Part shown: piece by piece, positions 1-10,312 of the stretch
Layout of the letters: the number at the start of each line of letters is the position of its first letter
How positions within the stretch are numbered: the first letter of the stretch is position 1
DNA from: an uncultured Chromatiales bacterium
GTDB taxonomy: Bacteria > Pseudomonadota > Gammaproteobacteria > DATFLL01
Direction of reading: 5' to 3'
Length of the DNA: 64,000 bases
Assembly (NCBI GenBank): GCA_964561765.1
Contig: CAZLQI010000009.1
Coordinates: 37,266 to 101,265, forward strand
The notes under the pieces: generated by a model
What the model was told of the DNA's origin: nothing
The model's database searches: none
Seen by the model: only the letters and a program-made list of their open reading frames with translations
Program-made: the position numbers and the translations under genes

Positions 1-285
1 TTCGAGGCGATGCCCGCGCCAGTCACGATGCCCCTCGCCGGGCCGGTGGTGGTGCGGGTACCGGAGGAGCGCGCCGCACCACCGCAGGGCCCGGAGTGTC
101 TCAACGATGATCTGCGCATGCGCGAGTGGAACCTGATCATTGATGCACTCACCCAGGAGCGGGGCAGTCGCAAGGACACCGCAACGCGCCTGGGTATCAG
201 TCAGCGTACCCTGCGCTACAAACTCTCGCGCATGCGCGAGGCGGGGGTACGGATTCCGGGCGATGTTGGTCCGCAACATGCATGA
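1..285 (+). CDS. sigma-54-dependent response regulator, C-terminal fragment (FleR/FlrC-like); Fis-type HTH; 5' end lies outside the window
   Basis: Translation ends ...RDTATRLGISQRTLRYKLSRMREAGV, the typical Fis-family HTH of NtrC-type activators; sits immediately upstream of fliE as fleSR does in polar flagellar loci. Confidence 0.65.
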   Translation, partial: FEAMPAPVTMPLAGPVVVRVPEERAAPPQGPECLNDDLRMREWNLIIDALTQERGSRKDTATRLGISQRTLRYKLSRMREAGVRIPGDVGPQHA

Positions 286-354
286 TTATGACGCGTTCAA
301 TCATCGATTCCGGAAATGGGTCGTCAATGAACAGCACACTGGGGGACGCCGGAC

Positions 355-702
355 ATGAGTAACACCATTAACAACGACGTGAATGCATTGCTGGCGAAGA
401 TGCAGACGATGAGTCTGGAGGCCCAGGGTGGTGCACCGGGTGCAGGCGGGGCCCTCGCCGGCGGTGCGCCGACAGACAAACCGGATTTCTCGGCGCTGCT
501 CAAGCAGTCCATCGACAGCGTCAATGCCACTCAACAAAATGCCGCAGCATTGTCCAGGTCCTTCGAACTGGGTGATCCCGGCGTACAGTTGGCGCAGGTC
601 ATGGTAGCCATGCAAAAGGCCTCGGTCTCGTTTCAGGCGATGACCCAGGTACGCAACAAACTGGTCTCGGCCTACAAAGACATCATGAACATGCCCATTT
701 GA
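355..702 (+). CDS. fliE: flagellar hook-basal body protein FliE
   Basis: 115 aa with the conserved FliE C-terminus ([39 protein letters not shown]); GGGGA RBS; position before fliF. Confidence 0.9.
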   Translation: MSNTINNDVNALLAKMQTMSLEAQGGAPGAGGALAGGAPTDKPDFSALLKQSIDSVNATQQNAAALSRSFELGDPGVQLAQVMVAMQKASVSFQAMTQVRNKLVSAYKDIMNMPI

Positions 703-772
703 TGATCTGCGCAGACGCTGGGGTGCACGGTATAAGCAGGATAGATAAACACTAAAGCAAGCGGATACGACG

Positions 773-2467
773 ATGGCACTGGTCAAGGCTGAAGATATCA
801 ATACGCAATTTAAAAATATGTCGCACTTGCCGATGTTGCGCCAGCTCGGGCTGCTCATTGGTCTGGCGGCGAGTATTGCGCTGGGGGTGGCGGTGGTGCT
901 GTGGTCGCAAACGCCGAACTACAGTCCGGTGTTCAACGGCCTGTCGGGTACGGATGCCAGTGCCGTGATGAGTGCCTTGCAAAGAGATAATATCCCCTAC
1001 AAGCTTGAGGCCGGCACCCTCATGGTGCCGGCCTCGAAGTTGAACGAGGTTCGGCTCAAACTTGCTGGCGAGGGCCTGCCACATGGCACCAATACCGGCT
1101 TTGAACTGCTGAGCAAGCAGCAGGGTTTCGGTACCAGCCAGTTTATCGAACGGGCGCGCTATCAACACGCGATGGAGGGCGAACTCGCCCGCACCATCGC
1201 GAGCATCAATGCAGTGGAAAACGCGCGGGTGCACCTGGCGGTGCCACGCGAGTCGGTATTCATCCGCGCCAGCAAGAAACCCAGTGCCTCGGTCATGGTG
1301 GAATTATATCCCGGGCGTAGTCTGGACGCAGGTCAGGTGACGGCGATCATGCATCTGGTTGCCTCCAGTGTGCCAAATCTCGATGCGGATGGGGTCACAG
1401 TGGTCGACCAGCGTGGACAATTGTTGACGCCGGATGAAAGCCCACACTCGATGGCGTTGAGCAATACGCAGTTCAAATACACCCGTAAGATCGAACAGGC
1501 CTATAGTCGCAAAATACTAAATCTCCTCAGTCCCCTCGTGGGTCGCAACAATGTACGCGCGCAGGTCGTTGCGGATATGGACTTCACGCAGAGTGAGCAG
1601 ACCCGGGAGGTGTACAATCCCAATTCGCTCGCCGTGCGCAGTGAGCAGCGCTTCGATGAGCAGGTGCCAGTCGGTAGCGGTGTCGGCGGAGTGCCGGGGG
1701 CGCTGTCCAATGAGCCGCCGGGGGCCGGCACGGCACCGCAACAGGTCACACCGCCCGCCAGTGCCGGGAACACGAACGCAGCAAACGCTGGAACAAATGC
1801 GCAGCCAAAGCCCGCAGGCAGTACCAATGCATCGAAGAAAATCACGCGCACGCCCTACAAGACGACCAAGCGCTCCACGATCAACTATGAACTCGACAAG
1901 ACGATCAGTCACACGCGCCGCCCGAGTGGTGTCCTGCAACGGCTGTCGGTTGCCGTGGTGGTCAATGACACGCAGAGCGTCAATGCCAAAGGCAAGAGGG
2001 TGGACACGCCCCTGGCACCGAAGGAGCTCAGTCGCATCGCACAGCTGGTCAAGGATGCGGTGGGTTACAATGTGCAGCGCGGTGATACGGTCAATGTCAT
2101 CAATGCCGCGTTTAAGGCCCCTACGATGGTGGCACCGCTGCCCAAACCGCCAATATGGAAGCAACCCTGGGTGTGGAGTATCGGCAAGCAGCTCCTCGGT
2201 GCGCTGGCCGTGATCTTGCTGGTGTTCGGGGTGTTGCGCCCGGTGATGCGTGGCCTTGCCACGCGCCCCGTGCACACGGTGGCCAAGGATGAGGCGCAGG
2301 AGGATATGGCCGAGGATCAACTGACTCTCAGTGACGGGACACAGCAGCGTCTTCCGGCACCGAACGGTCAGTATGAGAACGCACTGGAAATGGCCAAGGC
2401 CGCCGTCGGTGACGACCCGCGTCGGGTCGCACAGGTGGTCAAGACCTGGGTGGCCAGTGAGGTTTGA
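773..2467 (+). CDS. fliF: flagellar MS-ring protein FliF
   Basis: 564 aa; N-terminal TM, YscJ/FliF domain, Pro/Ala-rich linker, C-terminal TM and FliG-binding tail; synteny fliE-fliF-fliG. Confidence 0.95.
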   Translation: MALVKAEDINTQFKNMSHLPMLRQLGLLIGLAASIALGVAVVLWSQTPNYSPVFNGLSGTDASAVMSALQRDNIPYKLEAGTLMVPASKLNEVRLKLAGEGLPHGTNTGFELLSKQQGFGTSQFIERARYQHAMEGELARTIASINAVENARVHLAVPRESVFIRASKKPSASVMVELYPGRSLDAGQVTAIMHLVASSVPNLDADGVTVVDQRGQLLTPDESPHSMALSNTQFKYTRKIEQAYSRKILNLLSPLVGRNNVRAQVVADMDFTQSEQTREVYNPNSLAVRSEQRFDEQVPVGSGVGGVPGALSNEPPGAGTAPQQVTPPASAGNTNAANAGTNAQPKPAGSTNASKKITRTPYKTTKRSTINYELDKTISHTRRPSGVLQRLSVAVVVNDTQSVNAKGKRVDTPLAPKELSRIAQLVKDAVGYNVQRGDTVNVINAAFKAPTMVAPLPKPPIWKQPWVWSIGKQLLGALAVILLVFGVLRPVMRGLATRPVHTVAKDEAQEDMAEDQLTLSDGTQQRLPAPNGQYENALEMAKAAVGDDPRRVAQVVKTWVASEV

Positions 2468-2547
2468 GGGCCCATGAAGCCTGGCCACAACACCGCCCGG
2501 ATGGCTGTCGGCATGGGGGCCGTAATGCACGCAAGGATTAGAAGGTA

Positions 2548-3558
2548 ATGGCGGAGAGTAAAACCAAATTCAGCGGCAGCGAGCGTGCGGCCATCCTGCT
2601 CATGTCGCTGGGTGAGAAGGACGCCGCCGAGGTCATGCGCCACATGTTACCGAAGGAGGTGCAGAAGATCGGCGAGGCCATGGCCACGCTGACCAATGTG
2701 CCCAAGGATTCGGTACATGCCGTGCTCGATGACTTTTGCGGTGTCGTGCAGCAACAGACCTCACTGGGTATCGGCAACGAGGATTACCTGCGCACGGTGC
2801 TGGTCGATGCGATCGGCGCCGATAAGGCGGGTAACCTGATCGATCGTATCCTGCTCGGTCGTTCCTCCAAGGGGCTTGAAGCACTCAAATGGATGGACCC
2901 ACGCGCCGTTGCCGAGATCATCCGCCTCGAACATCCGCAGATTATCGCCATTGTATTGTCCTATCTCGACAGTGATCAGGCGGCAGAGGTGTTGTCGGCA
3001 TTGCCCGAGCGCATGCGCCCGGATGTGTTGATGCGCATCGCGTCGCTCGATGGTATTCAGCCCAATGCGCTGCATGAACTCGATGAGATCCTCGAACGCC
3101 AGTTCTCGGGCAATACGAGCAATGTGCGCTCATCCAGTGTGGGGGGCGTGAAGACTGCGGCGAATATCCTCAACTTCATGGATAGTGCCGTCGAAGGCCA
3201 GCTCATGGACTATGTCAAGGAGCAGGACGAGGAACTCGGCCAAAACATCCAGGACCTGATGTTCGTCTTCGAGAACCTGATTGAACTCGATGATCGCAGT
3301 ATTCAATCCCTGCTGCGCGAGATTTCCTCGGAAAACCTTATCACCGCGCTCAAGGGTGCCGATGAAGCCATCAAGGAGAAGATATTCCACAACATGTCCA
3401 AACGTGCCGCCGAGATGTTGCGCGATGATCTTGAGGCGAAGGGTCCGGTGCGCCTGAGCGATGTCGAGGAGGCGCAAAAGGAGATCCTGTCCGTGGCCCG
3501 GCGCATGGCCGAGTCGGGCGATATCTCGCTGGGCGGCAAGGGCGATGAATATGTCTAG
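2548..3558 (+). CDS. fliG: flagellar motor switch protein FliG
   Basis: 336 aa, N-terminus MAESKTKFSGSERAAILLMSLGE typical of FliG; conserved C-terminal torque helix region. Confidence 0.95.
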   Translation: MAESKTKFSGSERAAILLMSLGEKDAAEVMRHMLPKEVQKIGEAMATLTNVPKDSVHAVLDDFCGVVQQQTSLGIGNEDYLRTVLVDAIGADKAGNLIDRILLGRSSKGLEALKWMDPRAVAEIIRLEHPQIIAIVLSYLDSDQAAEVLSALPERMRPDVLMRIASLDGIQPNALHELDEILERQFSGNTSNVRSSSVGGVKTAANILNFMDSAVEGQLMDYVKEQDEELGQNIQDLMFVFENLIELDDRSIQSLLREISSENLITALKGADEAIKEKIFHNMSKRAAEMLRDDLEAKGPVRLSDVEEAQKEILSVARRMAESGDISLGGKGDEYV

Positions 3559-4321
3559 TCCCTCCAAGCTCATTGGCGCGGAGGAACTGACGGCCTACGA
3601 ACGCTGGGAGTTGCCCACTGTAACCGAAGGGGTCGAGCACCCGCATACCACAGGGCTGGGGGTGAACATGGACGACAGCCCCAACCTGCTAACGGCTGCA
3701 CAGATTGAAGAACTGCAACAACAGGCCTATCAGGAAGGCTACCAGTCCGGTTTCAGTCAGGGGCGCGAAGACGGTGTGCAGGCAGGCCGTGATGAGATGC
3801 ACGCGGCCGCAACGCATCTGGCCGAGGCGTTGAGCGCCCTGAGCACACCCTTCGAGGAACTCGATGCTGAGGTTGAACAGCAACTGGTGGCGTTGGCGTT
3901 CAGCGTGGCGCGCCAGATCATCCGCCGTGAATTGCGTACCGATCCCGGTCAGGTGATTGCCGTGGTTCGCGAGGCGTTGGGTGTATTGCCGGCCGCAGCA
4001 CGCACTATCCGTGTCCACCTGCATCCCGAGGACGCCCGGTTGATGCGTGAGGCGATTACGCTGGGTGATGACGCAGACAGCGCCTGGCAGATTGTCGACG
4101 ACCCGGTGCTGACCCGGGGCGGTTGTCTGATCGAGACTGAATTCTCCACCGTGGATGCCACGGTGGAGAAGCGCATCAATGCCGTCATGGCACAGGTGCT
4201 GGGTAGTGAACGTGGCCATGAGCGGGCGGTGGCGGATCAGCGCTCGCCATCGACTCCGGTTGAGCAGACACGGGTGCCTGTCGGTGATGAGCCGGGCGAG
4301 GGGCACGGTGATGAGCACTGA
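3545..4321 (+). CDS. fliH: flagellar assembly protein FliH
   Basis: In-frame ATG overlapping the fliG stop; Glu/Gln-rich N-terminus and FliH/YscL-type C-terminus; the longer 3461 start of the track ORF is inside fliG. Confidence 0.8.
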   Translation: MNMSSPSKLIGAEELTAYERWELPTVTEGVEHPHTTGLGVNMDDSPNLLTAAQIEELQQQAYQEGYQSGFSQGREDGVQAGRDEMHAAATHLAEALSALSTPFEELDAEVEQQLVALAFSVARQIIRRELRTDPGQVIAVVREALGVLPAAARTIRVHLHPEDARLMREAITLGDDADSAWQIVDDPVLTRGGCLIETEFSTVDATVEKRINAVMAQVLGSERGHERAVADQRSPSTPVEQTRVPVGDEPGEGHGDEH

Positions 4322-5798
4322 CGCCCCCGCCTCACCCTCGATCCGGCGTGGCGCGCGCTGGGCACGACAACTGCACGCCCTTGAGGCACATCTGGAAACC
4401 ATGCCGCCACTGGCCGTGACCGGCAGGCTGACCCGCATGGTGGGTCTGACCCTGGAGGCGGTGGGTTGCCAGGCGGTGATTGGCACGCGCTGCCTGGTGG
4501 AGAGTGTTGGCGCCGATCCTATCGAGGCCGAAGTGGTCGGCTTTTCCGGCGAGCGCCTGTACCTGATGCCCACGGGGGAGTTGCGGGGTGTGGGGCCCAA
4601 CGCGCGGGTCACTCCCAGTCAGGAGACCTATCTGGCACCAGCCGGGGAGGCCTTGCTCGGTCGCGTGCTCGATGGTGTTGGCCGCCCGTTGGATGGGCGT
4701 GGACCCTTGCACGAATCGACGCGAGTGCCTATCACCGGGCAACCGATCAATCCGCTGGCACGACAGCCCATTCGTGAACCGCTCGATGTCGGTGTGCGCG
4801 CGATCAATGCCTTGCTGACCGTGGGGCGTGGGCAGCGCATGGGTCTGTTTGCCGGCAGTGGTGTCGGCAAGAGCGTGTTGCTTGGCATGATGACCCGCTA
4901 TACCACGGCCGATGTGATTGTGGTCGGTCTTATCGGTGAGCGTGGGCGCGAGGTCAAGGAGTTCATCGACAACATCCTCGGTGAAGAAGGTCTGGCACGT
5001 GCGGTGGTGGTCGCCGTGCCCGCAGATCATACCCCGGTCATGCGCATGCATGGCGCGGCGCTGGCCACCAGTATTGCCGAATACTTCCGTGATCAGGGGC
5101 GCGATGTCTTGTTGCTGATGGACTCACTCACCCGTTATGCTCAGGCGCAGCGCGAGATCGGGTTGGCCATCGGCGAACCGCCAGCGACCAAGGGTTATCC
5201 GCCGTCGGTGTTCGCCAAGATGCCGCAACTGGTGGAACGCGCCGGTAACGGGTGTGCCGGTGGGGGCTCCATCACCGCCTTCTATACGGTACTGACAGAA
5301 GGCGATGATCAGCAAGACCCCATTGCTGATGCCGCCCGCGCCATCCTTGATGGACACATCGTGCTCTCACGCACGCTGGCCGAGTCTGGCCACTATCCGG
5401 CGATCGATATCGAGGCATCCATCAGTCGGGCGATGACGGAAATCACCGCCCCGGACCATCAGTTGCAGGCGCGTGAGTTCAAGCAGATGTATTCAACCTA
5501 TCAGCAGAATCGTGATCTGATCAGCGTTGGCGCCTACAGTTCGGGTAGTGATCCACGTATTGATTTGGCCATCGAGATGCAGCCCATCGTGCAGGCCTTT
5601 TTACAGCAGGACATGCACACCCCGGTGCGACTGGCCGACAGCCTGGCGGGTCTGCACACGTTGATGGAGGCGGCCGCACACTCCACGGGCAGGGCTGGCT
5701 CCAACGCCGGTGAGGGTGCTGCGGGGATGAACGAGGGTGTGAGCGTCAGTCAGGCCGCCGCATCCCGGGTCTATCAGGAACAGAGCGAAAGCAGGTAG
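4311..5798 (+). CDS. fliI: flagellum-specific ATPase FliI
   Basis: Walker A GSGVGKS and Walker B present; strong similarity to FliI/YscN across the core; the start was chosen by alignment to the FliI N-terminus (MSTDAPAS...WARQL) and overlaps the fliH end; about 35 aa of low-complexity C-terminal extension. Confidence 0.93.
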   Translation: MSTDAPASPSIRRGARWARQLHALEAHLETMPPLAVTGRLTRMVGLTLEAVGCQAVIGTRCLVESVGADPIEAEVVGFSGERLYLMPTGELRGVGPNARVTPSQETYLAPAGEALLGRVLDGVGRPLDGRGPLHESTRVPITGQPINPLARQPIREPLDVGVRAINALLTVGRGQRMGLFAGSGVGKSVLLGMMTRYTTADVIVVGLIGERGREVKEFIDNILGEEGLARAVVVAVPADHTPVMRMHGAALATSIAEYFRDQGRDVLLLMDSLTRYAQAQREIGLAIGEPPATKGYPPSVFAKMPQLVERAGNGCAGGGSITAFYTVLTEGDDQQDPIADAARAILDGHIVLSRTLAESGHYPAIDIEASISRAMTEITAPDHQLQAREFKQMYSTYQQNRDLISVGAYSSGSDPRIDLAIEMQPIVQAFLQQDMHTPVRLADSLAGLHTLMEAAAHSTGRAGSNAGEGAAGMNEGVSVSQAAASRVYQEQSESR

Positions 5799-5803
5799 CT
5801 GGT

Positions 5804-6271
5804 ATGTCAAAGCGAAAATCCCGTCGTCTTGAACCCGTCGCTCGCGTGACCAGCCATCATGAACAGGAGGCCATGCGTGCACTGGGTCAGGCCCGTCGGG
5901 TTCTGGAAGAGCAGGTGCGCAAGCTGGGTGAGCTGCGCGAGTATCGCAGCGATTATCAGCAGCGTTTGCAGCACCGCGGCGAACAGGGTATCGATATCGG
6001 TGTCTTGCAGGAATACCGTCGTTTTGTCGAGCGCCTGGATGTCGCCGTTCAGCAGCAGGAAGAGCAGGTGACGCGGGCCAGGCAGGCCTGTGCGGTCTGT
6101 GAGGCCCATTGGCAGGACCGGCGTATTCGTAGTCAGGCCATAGACAAGGCGGTGGCACGCAGCCGGGAGGCCGAGCAACACACCCAGGCTCGGCGTGAGC
6201 AGGACGAGACCGATGAAACGGCGGGGCGTATCAGCGCCAGCGATACCACATCCGAGAGCGGCTCTCGCTGA
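5804..6271 (+). CDS. fliJ: flagellar export chaperone FliJ
   Basis: 155 aa charged coiled-coil protein directly after fliI; FliJ-like heptad pattern. Confidence 0.75.
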   Translation: MSKRKSRRLEPVARVTSHHEQEAMRALGQARRVLEEQVRKLGELREYRSDYQQRLQHRGEQGIDIGVLQEYRRFVERLDVAVQQQEEQVTRARQACAVCEAHWQDRRIRSQAIDKAVARSREAEQHTQARREQDETDETAGRISASDTTSESGSR

Positions 6272-6379
6272 TGACACCGCCCGTTGGCGTTGTCGCATTA
6301 TCCTCAGGGCGCCCACCTGCACTCAGGTGATTCACCCCGAAATGTGATTTCAGCGCGGTGTACTAAGTCAAACAATCTC

Positions 6380-6395
6380 TGGCACGCTCCTTGCT
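6380..6395 (+). promoter_or_regulatory. sigma-54 (-24/-12) promoter upstream of fliK: TGGCACgctccTTGCT
   Basis: Exact GG-N10-GC spacing with a TGGCAC ... TTGC consensus, about 40 nt upstream of the fliK start. Confidence 0.55.
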
Positions 6396-6434
6396 ACTTC
6401 TCCTGACGAAGAGGACCTCGTTACGGAGTACATC

Positions 6435-7667
6435 ATGCCGCAAGTCCCAATGCTTCACGTGAACGCCGTGGCTGCCAATACCCAGAGTGGAGCGCCGGGC
6501 CCCAGCCCGGGGACGTCCGGTGAGGTGAGCGGCCAGGACCCGTCCGCAGGTCATGATGTGCGCGCCGACGGGGGGTTTCACACGGCACTCAAAGGGGTGA
6601 AGAAACAGAGTGATGGTGTGAAAAAGCCGGGCAGCGAACTAAAAAAACAAAATGATGGCCGGGATACGGGGCCGGCATCCACCGCCGGGTCGATGCCGAC
6701 CCATCCGGATACAAAAACCGCCCCGACTGCTCTCGCAGGCAGCATATCAGGTGCTGTCGTCGGGAAAAAATCGACCGATCACGGCAAATTTCAGCCGCCC
6801 TTCCTGCCCTGGACCCTGCCGGTGGAGGCACGCGCCGGGCACATCGGCCTTGTTGCCGACCCCGATTCTGCCATGACAGCATCGGGGCAGGGTCGTCTGC
6901 CGCCAAGCCTGGCGGCCCTCCTGCGACACCCTGGTGCCAATCCCGGTGCCAATCCCGGTGCTGCTCTGGGCACTGGCCCCAAGGCAATTGCGGGTAAAGA
7001 GGGCGATTTTCTGCGCAAAGTGTTTTCCGCGCTCCACAAGCAAGACCCTCCGGGGACCGCCCTCGATCAGACGTTGCTCGCGCGTTTGGCTGTTGATCCA
7101 GCGACCACGAAGGCACTGCTTGGCGGTGGTGCCAGTCCGGCTCAGCTCATGCTCGCTGGCGCAGGTCCGGCGGTGCCCCAACTGCCTGGGGCCACTGTGA
7201 CTCCTGCCGGGCTGATTATCCCGCAGCCGGTTCAGCATCCCGGCTGGTCGCAGGCACTGGGTGAACGGGTGCAGTGGATGCTGGGACAGAACATGCAAAG
7301 CGCGTACATCCGCCTCAATCCACCGGGTCTTGGCCCCCTGGAGGTGCGCATTCTCATCCAAGGTGATCAGACCAGCGTGCAGTTCATTACCCATCACACA
7401 CAAGTACACGATGCCCTGGAGGCTTCGTTGCCGCGTCTGCGGGATATGCTCGGCAATCAGGGCATGCAGTTGGGTAATCTCAATGTCAACGTCTCCGCCC
7501 ATCCTTTCTCCGGATATACGCCGTCGCACGGTGGCGCGGGTCAGGGCCAGGGTGGCTATGGGGGTGGTGCCCATGCGGGTTTCAACGCCGACGATACCGC
7601 CAGTGTGTTGGTGGGGGCCGTCGGGCTGCGACAGCTCGGGCTGAGCATGCTGGATGTGTATGCCTGA
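6435..7667 (+). CDS. fliK: flagellar hook-length control protein FliK
   Basis: Pro/Ala/Gly-rich N-terminal part and a conserved Flg_hook C-terminal domain (QWMLGQNMQSAYIRLNPPGLGPLEVRILIQGDQTSVQF...); follows fliJ. Confidence 0.85.
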   Translation: MPQVPMLHVNAVAANTQSGAPGPSPGTSGEVSGQDPSAGHDVRADGGFHTALKGVKKQSDGVKKPGSELKKQNDGRDTGPASTAGSMPTHPDTKTAPTALAGSISGAVVGKKSTDHGKFQPPFLPWTLPVEARAGHIGLVADPDSAMTASGQGRLPPSLAALLRHPGANPGANPGAALGTGPKAIAGKEGDFLRKVFSALHKQDPPGTALDQTLLARLAVDPATTKALLGGGASPAQLMLAGAGPAVPQLPGATVTPAGLIIPQPVQHPGWSQALGERVQWMLGQNMQSAYIRLNPPGLGPLEVRILIQGDQTSVQFITHHTQVHDALEASLPRLRDMLGNQGMQLGNLNVNVSAHPFSGYTPSHGGAGQGQGGYGGGAHAGFNADDTASVLVGAVGLRQLGLSMLDVYA

Positions 7668-7746
7668 ATGAAGGGCTCGGTTACACTGTGACCTTGTGCC
7701 AAGGCGCAAGACGGCGAACCCGTGCGCAGATTTCGCGGCGGACGAT

Positions 7747-7774
7747 TAAAGGTTTTTCCCGTTGGACCGACACA
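7747..7774 (+). promoter_or_regulatory. putative sigma-28 promoter TAAAGGTTT-N11-CCGACACA upstream of the first fliA paralog
   Basis: Matches the TAAAGTTT-N11-GCCGATAA consensus in the -35 element and spacing, with 5/8 matches in the -10 element; about 110 nt upstream of the ATG at 7888. Confidence 0.35.
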
Positions 7775-7887
7775 CTGACAAGGCCCGCACGCCCACTGAC
7801 AGTGCCCACGCTGATGGCACCAGGGGCAGGCAGACCACGCTTTTCTATCTTTCCGGCAAGCGGACTCTATTCAGGGAACACGCGTGG

Positions 7888-8598
7888 ATGTACCCCAGCA
7901 TTGAGGCGAATACTGCCAGTGAACTGGTCGAAACCTATGCCCCACTGGTCAAGCGTATTGCCTATCATCTGATTGCGCGCCTGCCACCGAGTGTGTCGGT
8001 CGATGATCTCATTCAGGCCGGCATGCTGGGTTTGCTCGACGCCTGCCGCCAGTACGATCCTTCCCAGGGTGCAAAGTTTGCAACCTATGCGCGTATACGC
8101 GTGCGTGGTGCCATGCTGGATGAATTGCGTCGCAATGATTGGGCGCCGAAGTCGGTGCATCGGCGCATGCGCGATGTGGAAGTGGCGATCAGGGTGATTG
8201 AGGCACGGTACGGACGTGATGCCCGCGACGGCGAGGTCGCCGAATGCATGGGCATTGAACTCGATGAGTATTACCACATCCTGCAAGACGCGCGCAGTTG
8301 CACGGTGCTGACTCTCGACGATGCCGGGCTGGAGGGCAATCTGGGTCGCGATGACCCGGGGGAAGGGCTGCGCGGCCCCCTGGATGGCCTGCTCACTGAG
8401 CAGTTCCGCCAGGAACTGGCCAATGCTATCAGTAGTCTGCCCGAGCGCGAGCGCATGGTAGTCAGCTTCTATTATGACAACGAACTCAATCTGCGCGAGA
8501 TCGGCCAGCTGCTGGGTGTGAGTGAATCGCGCATCAGCCAGTTGTTGAGCCAGGCGCATCTGCGGCTGCGCTCGCGCTTGCGCGGCGGCACGGACTGA
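7888..8598 (+). CDS. RNA polymerase sigma factor, FliA/sigma-28 family (paralog 1; extra copy)
   Basis: 236 aa from an in-frame ATG (MYPSIEANTASELVETYAPLVKRIAYHL...); regions 2, 3 and 4 are conserved and highly similar to the canonical fliA at 46078. Confidence 0.85.
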   Translation: MYPSIEANTASELVETYAPLVKRIAYHLIARLPPSVSVDDLIQAGMLGLLDACRQYDPSQGAKFATYARIRVRGAMLDELRRNDWAPKSVHRRMRDVEVAIRVIEARYGRDARDGEVAECMGIELDEYYHILQDARSCTVLTLDDAGLEGNLGRDDPGEGLRGPLDGLLTEQFRQELANAISSLPERERMVVSFYYDNELNLREIGQLLGVSESRISQLLSQAHLRLRSRLRGGTD

Positions 8599-8821
8599 CG
8601 GTATTTATCACCAGTCCGACGGGAAGTTGTGATGTGCTTGGTGTTTTTGGTGTCGCTGCACGGTTATGCTCAATGCGTCGTGATGCTACTTTCCGAGCGC
8701 AGGATGGCGATTCAATATGCCTGGTACAAACCGTTCGCTGCCCGCATTATCTGTCGGCGCGTGGAACGGTCGATATAATAATTATTCATTCTTGATTTGA
8801 AGACCTCTCAAGGAGGCATCG

Positions 8822-10312
8822 ATGAGCCTGTCCGATATTTTTCTCTTCCTGCCGGGACCGCCCGTCATTTCCATCCTGTTCTGGGTGGTGCTGTTAATGG
8901 CGGCCCTGTACCTGGCACGTACCCCTGCACATCGCGCCCTGTTATCTCTGAGCAGTGTGCTGCACCATGCCTTCAGACTGTCGGCGTACTCGGTGCGCCT
9001 GGCCGAACAACGCCTGCACCTGCGCAACCGCGAGGTGTTGCTCTCTGCCGGGCGCGAGGCGTCGGAACGCATCATTGAACGCGAGTTCGAACGCGTGGAT
9101 GATGGGGTGCGCCGCGATCTGGCCGAGTATCCCGCCCTGCAGCGCCACATCAACGAGGGCATCACGCATATCGAGGAGGACTACCAGCAGAGCACCGAGG
9201 TACCACCGGCCCCGCCGGGCTGGGTCAAGGCCGTTGAGTCCGTGGCCAAGATTCCGTCTGCGGGCGATCCTATGGTGGCCAATATTCTTGAGGATATCCA
9301 CAGTTCGTTGCTCAAGGCGCAGAACCATGCCACCGAGGAATACCGCAAGAGTAGCCACGAACGCCATATGTATCTCAAACGCATGATGCCGCACTGGCGC
9401 AGGCTGCTGCAATTGCTTGGTCGTGTGGACAAGAATGTGAACAGCCTGCTGGAGCGATCCAAGACGCTGGACCGACACATGGACGAGTACGAGGGGATCA
9501 TCAAGAAGACGGACCATGCGGTGCGCATGCTGTCCTCGTCTTCCATTACCCAGTTCTTCATCGCGGCCTTTGTGTTGGTGATTGCCATTGGTGGTGCGGT
9601 GATCAACTTTCATCTCATCGCCCGGCCGATGTCGGAGATGGTAGGTGGGACGAGTTACATCAATCTGGGTTTTGCCAGCTATCGGACTGCGGATGTTGCC
9701 GCCCTGGTGCTCATCTTGGTCGAGGTCGCGATGGGCCTGTTTCTGATGGAGTCCTTGCGTATCACGCGCCTGTTCCCGGTGATCAATGCGCTGAATGACA
9801 AGCTGCGTGTGCGCATGATCTGGATTACATTCGCCATCCTGCTCGCATTGGCCAGTGTCGAATCGGGGCTGGCCTATATGCGTGAGATCCTCTCGCTGGA
9901 TGATGCGGCGCTGCGCGCCACGCTGCTCGGCAATACCTCCGTGGCGGTGGACCATACCAGCCGCTGGATCACCACGGCGGCGCAGATGGGGATGAGTTTC
10001 ATCTTGCCCTTCGCCCTGACCTTTGTGGCGATTCCACTGGAGTCCTTTATTCATTCCCTGCGCACCGTGCTGGGTCTCGTCGGTGTGGGGTTGTTGCGGG
10101 CGTTGGCTTTTGCGCTGCGACTGCTGGGCAACATCTCACGCTATACCGGAACACTGTCGGTCAATGTGTATGATTTGCTGATCTTTGCGCCGTTGTGGCT
10201 GGAGCGCCAGTGGATACAACGCAGTGCCGGGCGGCCCCTCGGCGTGGTGGTGAAGGCGGAGGGTCGACGCGGGGGCGGCGCCAAGCCCGCCGCGGTGGAG
10301 GGGCAGTCATGA
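8822..10312 (+). CDS. conserved hypothetical polytopic membrane protein (N-terminal TM, ~200-aa charged helical domain, 5 C-terminal TM helices)
   Basis: 496-aa ORF with a strong AGGAGG RBS 6 nt upstream; hydrophobic segments at about aa 8-30, 241-266, 295-315, 333-355, 382-410 and 413-436; the stop overlaps the next gene's start (ATGA); no family recognised. Confidence 0.7.
   Translation: MSLSDIFLFLPGPPVISILFWVVLLMAALYLARTPAHRALLSLSSVLHHAFRLSAYSVRLAEQRLHLRNREVLLSAGREASERIIEREFERVDDGVRRDLAEYPALQRHINEGITHIEEDYQQSTEVPPAPPGWVKAVESVAKIPSAGDPMVANILEDIHSSLLKAQNHATEEYRKSSHERHMYLKRMMPHWRRLLQLLGRVDKNVNSLLERSKTLDRHMDEYEGIIKKTDHAVRMLSSSSITQFFIAAFVLVIAIGGAVINFHLIARPMSEMVGGTSYINLGFASYRTADVAALVLILVEVAMGLFLMESLRITRLFPVINALNDKLRVRMIWITFAILLALASVESGLAYMREILSLDDAALRATLLGNTSVAVDHTSRWITTAAQMGMSFILPFALTFVAIPLESFIHSLRTVLGLVGVGLLRALAFALRLLGNISRYTGTLSVNVYDLLIFAPLWLERQWIQRSAGRPLGVVVKAEGRRGGGAKPAAVEGQS

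Noticed and set aside
3371-3646. Small ORFs overlapping the fliG/fliH junction (for example 3371-3646 +, 3303-3539 -)
   Set aside because: They lie entirely within well-supported fliG and fliH coding sequence in other frames; no RBS and no homology
8600-8821. Sigma-54 or sigma-28 promoter upstream of the membrane/VWA module (TGGTACaaaccgTTCGC; GTCGATAT)
   Set aside because: The GG-N12-GC spacing is wrong for sigma-54, and the -10-like GTCGATAT has no acceptable -35 partner at 11 nt; left unassigned
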